DNA of 64,000 nt, taken from NCBI GenBank assembly GCA_965153285.1, contig OZ229114.1, one strand, 5' to 3'. The notes beneath the pieces are model-generated. The model saw only the letters and a list, made by a program, of their open reading frames with translations, was not told the origin of the DNA and made no database searches. The position numbers and the translations under genes are program-made. The first letter of the stretch is position 1. Each line of letters starts with the position of its first letter. This DNA is from Podarcis tiliguerta. Its lineage: Eukaryota. Of the stretch, positions 61,201 through 64,000 are shown piece after piece.

Positions 61201-64000
61201 CCAACAGTCAGTTTCTCCTTCTCACACAGAGCAGCCAAGCAGCTGCGTTTCCCCCATCCCCCCCCCCTTATAAAACAGGAGCACAGATTTTACAGATGGA
61301 CCCTCTCAGCTCTACTTTCTGCTGCAGTTTAATGCCTGGATTTCAGCCCATTGCTACGCTGCATTGCTTTCGGCATTGCAGAACTGAACATTAAGAACCA
61401 TCTCCCTCTTGACATCCCTTAAATGAAGAAAGTTTTGGCTGAAGCACTCAAAGACAGCCTGATCTCCACCACCCCACCCCACCCCGGCCACCCCACCCCA
61501 ATCTTTCAGCCACCAAGGTTTCCCCTGTACGTCACAGGACAGGGAAAGGTTGACAGTTTTAAAACAGTCCTACAATAAATAATCTGCAAGGCTGATGGGC
61601 ACAAGAGGTGGCCAAGTCTTTTCACTTGATAAAAACTCAAGACATGGTCAAACTTGGGATGCTAACTGATGGTTCTGGATAAGTGTTTCATTTTGGGGGG
61701 ATTAAGAAAGAAAACAGAGCTTATTTGTGTACAAACATCTACTCTATGCAACATTAAATATTGACAGTTGAGACCTGCTTGTCAAACAGATGAAAAGGGG
61801 AGCAATTGGTGGAGAGATTAAATACCCTAATCTATTTTGTGCCTAAACAGGTACAATCTTCAGTCAAGCAAGAAAGAATCTAGAGGTTCATCATCCTGTT
61901 CTGAAAAGTGGAAGGATCAGACAGGTACAGGTTTTAAATGGATTCTGCCACATATTGCATAATGCTCCTGCATACAGAAAACAAGAAGCCCACAGAGAGG
62001 ACTAGGCCAGAACCCTCCTCTCTGATAGATGGCAAGAATTATAATTCAAATCTACAATTCCCCACCTCAAGACTGAAGTAGTCTTGAACCACAAGAGCTC
62101 CGTGCTTGGAATGAACAAAAATTCTAAACTACACCTGAAAATATTTCCCACAGGATAGTACAGTAGTCAGCTAAGTTTTACTCAGTGTAGAGCTATTGAA
62201 ATTAGTGGGCCCAATTTAGTTGATTACCACCCATAATTTTGGGGTGAACTAAAGATGAATTAAATTCATTTTGGGACAAAACTTTGAATGATTTCTAGTT
62301 CATCTTCCAGTTCAGCCCCCACCCATTATAGTATTATAGTTCCAATACTATGTTTAGATTAGGGCTATTAACTAATCAAATAATGTTTATCTTATTATTC
62401 ACATATCTTTTAACCAAATTAAAATAGTTTTAAAATGTAAATAAATTTGCATATTACCCCAAACCTCAACATATGTACCTTTTTGATATTAAAAGAAGTG
62501 TAAGACAATTGACAATTTAATACACAACTATAGCCATTGTAATTTCCAATTACAGTAGGCAAAATAGTTCAGAAAAATAGAAACAAGGGCCTTCTTAAAC
62601 TACAATCCCACCAATGAAAACTTGCCCTTCTTGTTAAATTTTTCCTGAGCAATTAATCAATCTTGACATGATTGATCTACTAACTAAAGCTCGAAACCTT
62701 CTTTTTTAGAGATCTTTAAACAAGGGTGTGGTTCCCCAGTGACCATTGCTCCCTTTCAAAACGAATACTTCAAAATGAAGAGCTTACATCTGTTTTCATG
62801 CTTATTTTATGAAACAAAACAATGGGGGCAGTTAATGCCTTCAAATCAGAAGATTTAATAATAGACAGGGCCAATAAATTCCCCCTTTTTTGGGGGGGGG
62901 TAGGCAGAACCCAGGATGAATGGCAAAGAGGCTCAGTGACCAGAAGTTACTGCTAAATTTGCTAATGTGCGCCAAGCTAACACAACACATGTGACTATTG
63001 ATTCTGGAACCATCAGGCATAGCTGCTGTGCTGCAAAACGCTGTGGTAAGCATCTATGAGAGACTAAATGAACGAACGGACTCCCTGGAAAGTGAAATAC
63101 AGAGGCTCATGGTGCTAATCTATTTACCCATTATGATACCCTAGTATTAGTTACAGTTTATCACCTCAGTAAATTACCGCCTCTTGTTAAGAAACGTGCT
63201 TCAAGGTGCGACAAACTGTTATTTATAGGCGTACACTATATTTACAGCTAGAAAGGCAGGTGAGGAAGGGGCAGGACAGCAGCTCAGTCATTTCAATGCC
63301 TTTTGCTTCCCAGGAGACAGCAGGGAAAGCACAATAGGATTACAGCTTCTTGCTGCGGTTAAGCTGCAGCAAGAGTTCAATAGGCAGCACAGCACTATTT
63401 CCTTCTTGGCTGCTCCAGGAAATCTTTAAAGAAGATGCAAGGTTTGGTTGTGATAAATGCATCTCTGCATTGATTGCTTTTCATTCACAGCAAGTGGAGC
63501 CACCCAATGCTAATGGATGCACTGCTATAGGCAAAACAAACCAATAAATGCTTCCACCCCCCTTAATGGCACCCTTTACAGATGTGCAATCCTGCATACT
63601 GCACAGTGTACTCTATTCCATGGAAGATTGCTGAGCAGTTGCAGAAACGGTTGACACAGTTGCTGCATCCCGGCAAAAACTTAAATTCTGTTTACAAAGA
63701 GAGAAAACAGAGCAGCTTGGGCAAAAGAGCGTTGTCCTGGTCACAAAATAGTTGCAACATTTTAAGTGCGATACTGGAAAAATTCAAGAGACACTGTCCA
63801 TCAGGCACGTATTTCAAATAGCTATGCAACAAAAAATTATTTATTTAACTTTCATCTTTGTTATTTATCCCTTTCTCTGAGGATCACGGAGTTATGGTGT
63901 TATACCTGGAAGTATGGCAGCCCTACAGAACACTTTTTATGAGTTTATATTATATAAACTGGATTGCCATTGTCCAGAGAAGCCAAAGTGGTGCCCTTCA

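Noticed and set aside
58243-64000. Upstream ZMIZ1 exons (MNSMDRHIQQ..., ...KFTPKSA)
   Set aside because: Not found by inspection. The region appears intronic and those exons probably lie beyond the window.

Overview
Vertebrate genomic DNA from a squamate reptile, probably a lacertid lizard, judged from the Sauria-type SINE and other squamate repeats. The window holds the 3' ~54 kb of ZMIZ1 (zinc finger MIZ domain-containing protein 1) on the minus strand. I mapped 17 coding exons between 58242 and 9614 (2825 nt of CDS). All have GT-AG boundaries and consistent phases, and they end in ...[10 protein letters not shown], followed by a probable ~5.1-kb 3' UTR. The first ~93 codons lie beyond the right edge of the window. 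The introns contain SINEs, L2 fragments and several non-autonomous DNA transposons with intact TIRs and TSDs. Main observations: (1) the segment PEQFNGQ...GNVNR, a 78-nt phase-0 exon in human ZMIZ1 as I recall it, could not be found, suggesting exon loss; (2) the penultimate intron holds nested inverted transposon pairs, with two tail-to-tail hAT elements inside two inverted Tc2-like MITEs; (3) one MITE shell carries three different palindromic cores, one expanded into a 102/102/108-bp x3 higher-order minisatellite; (4) a tandem 3' splice site adds VCSSFQ; (5) a near-perfect 73-nt intronic hairpin. I see no evidence of a novel protein-coding system. Almost all ORFs in the supplied track that do not overlap ZMIZ1 exons look spurious. 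Human comparisons are from memory, not from a database search.
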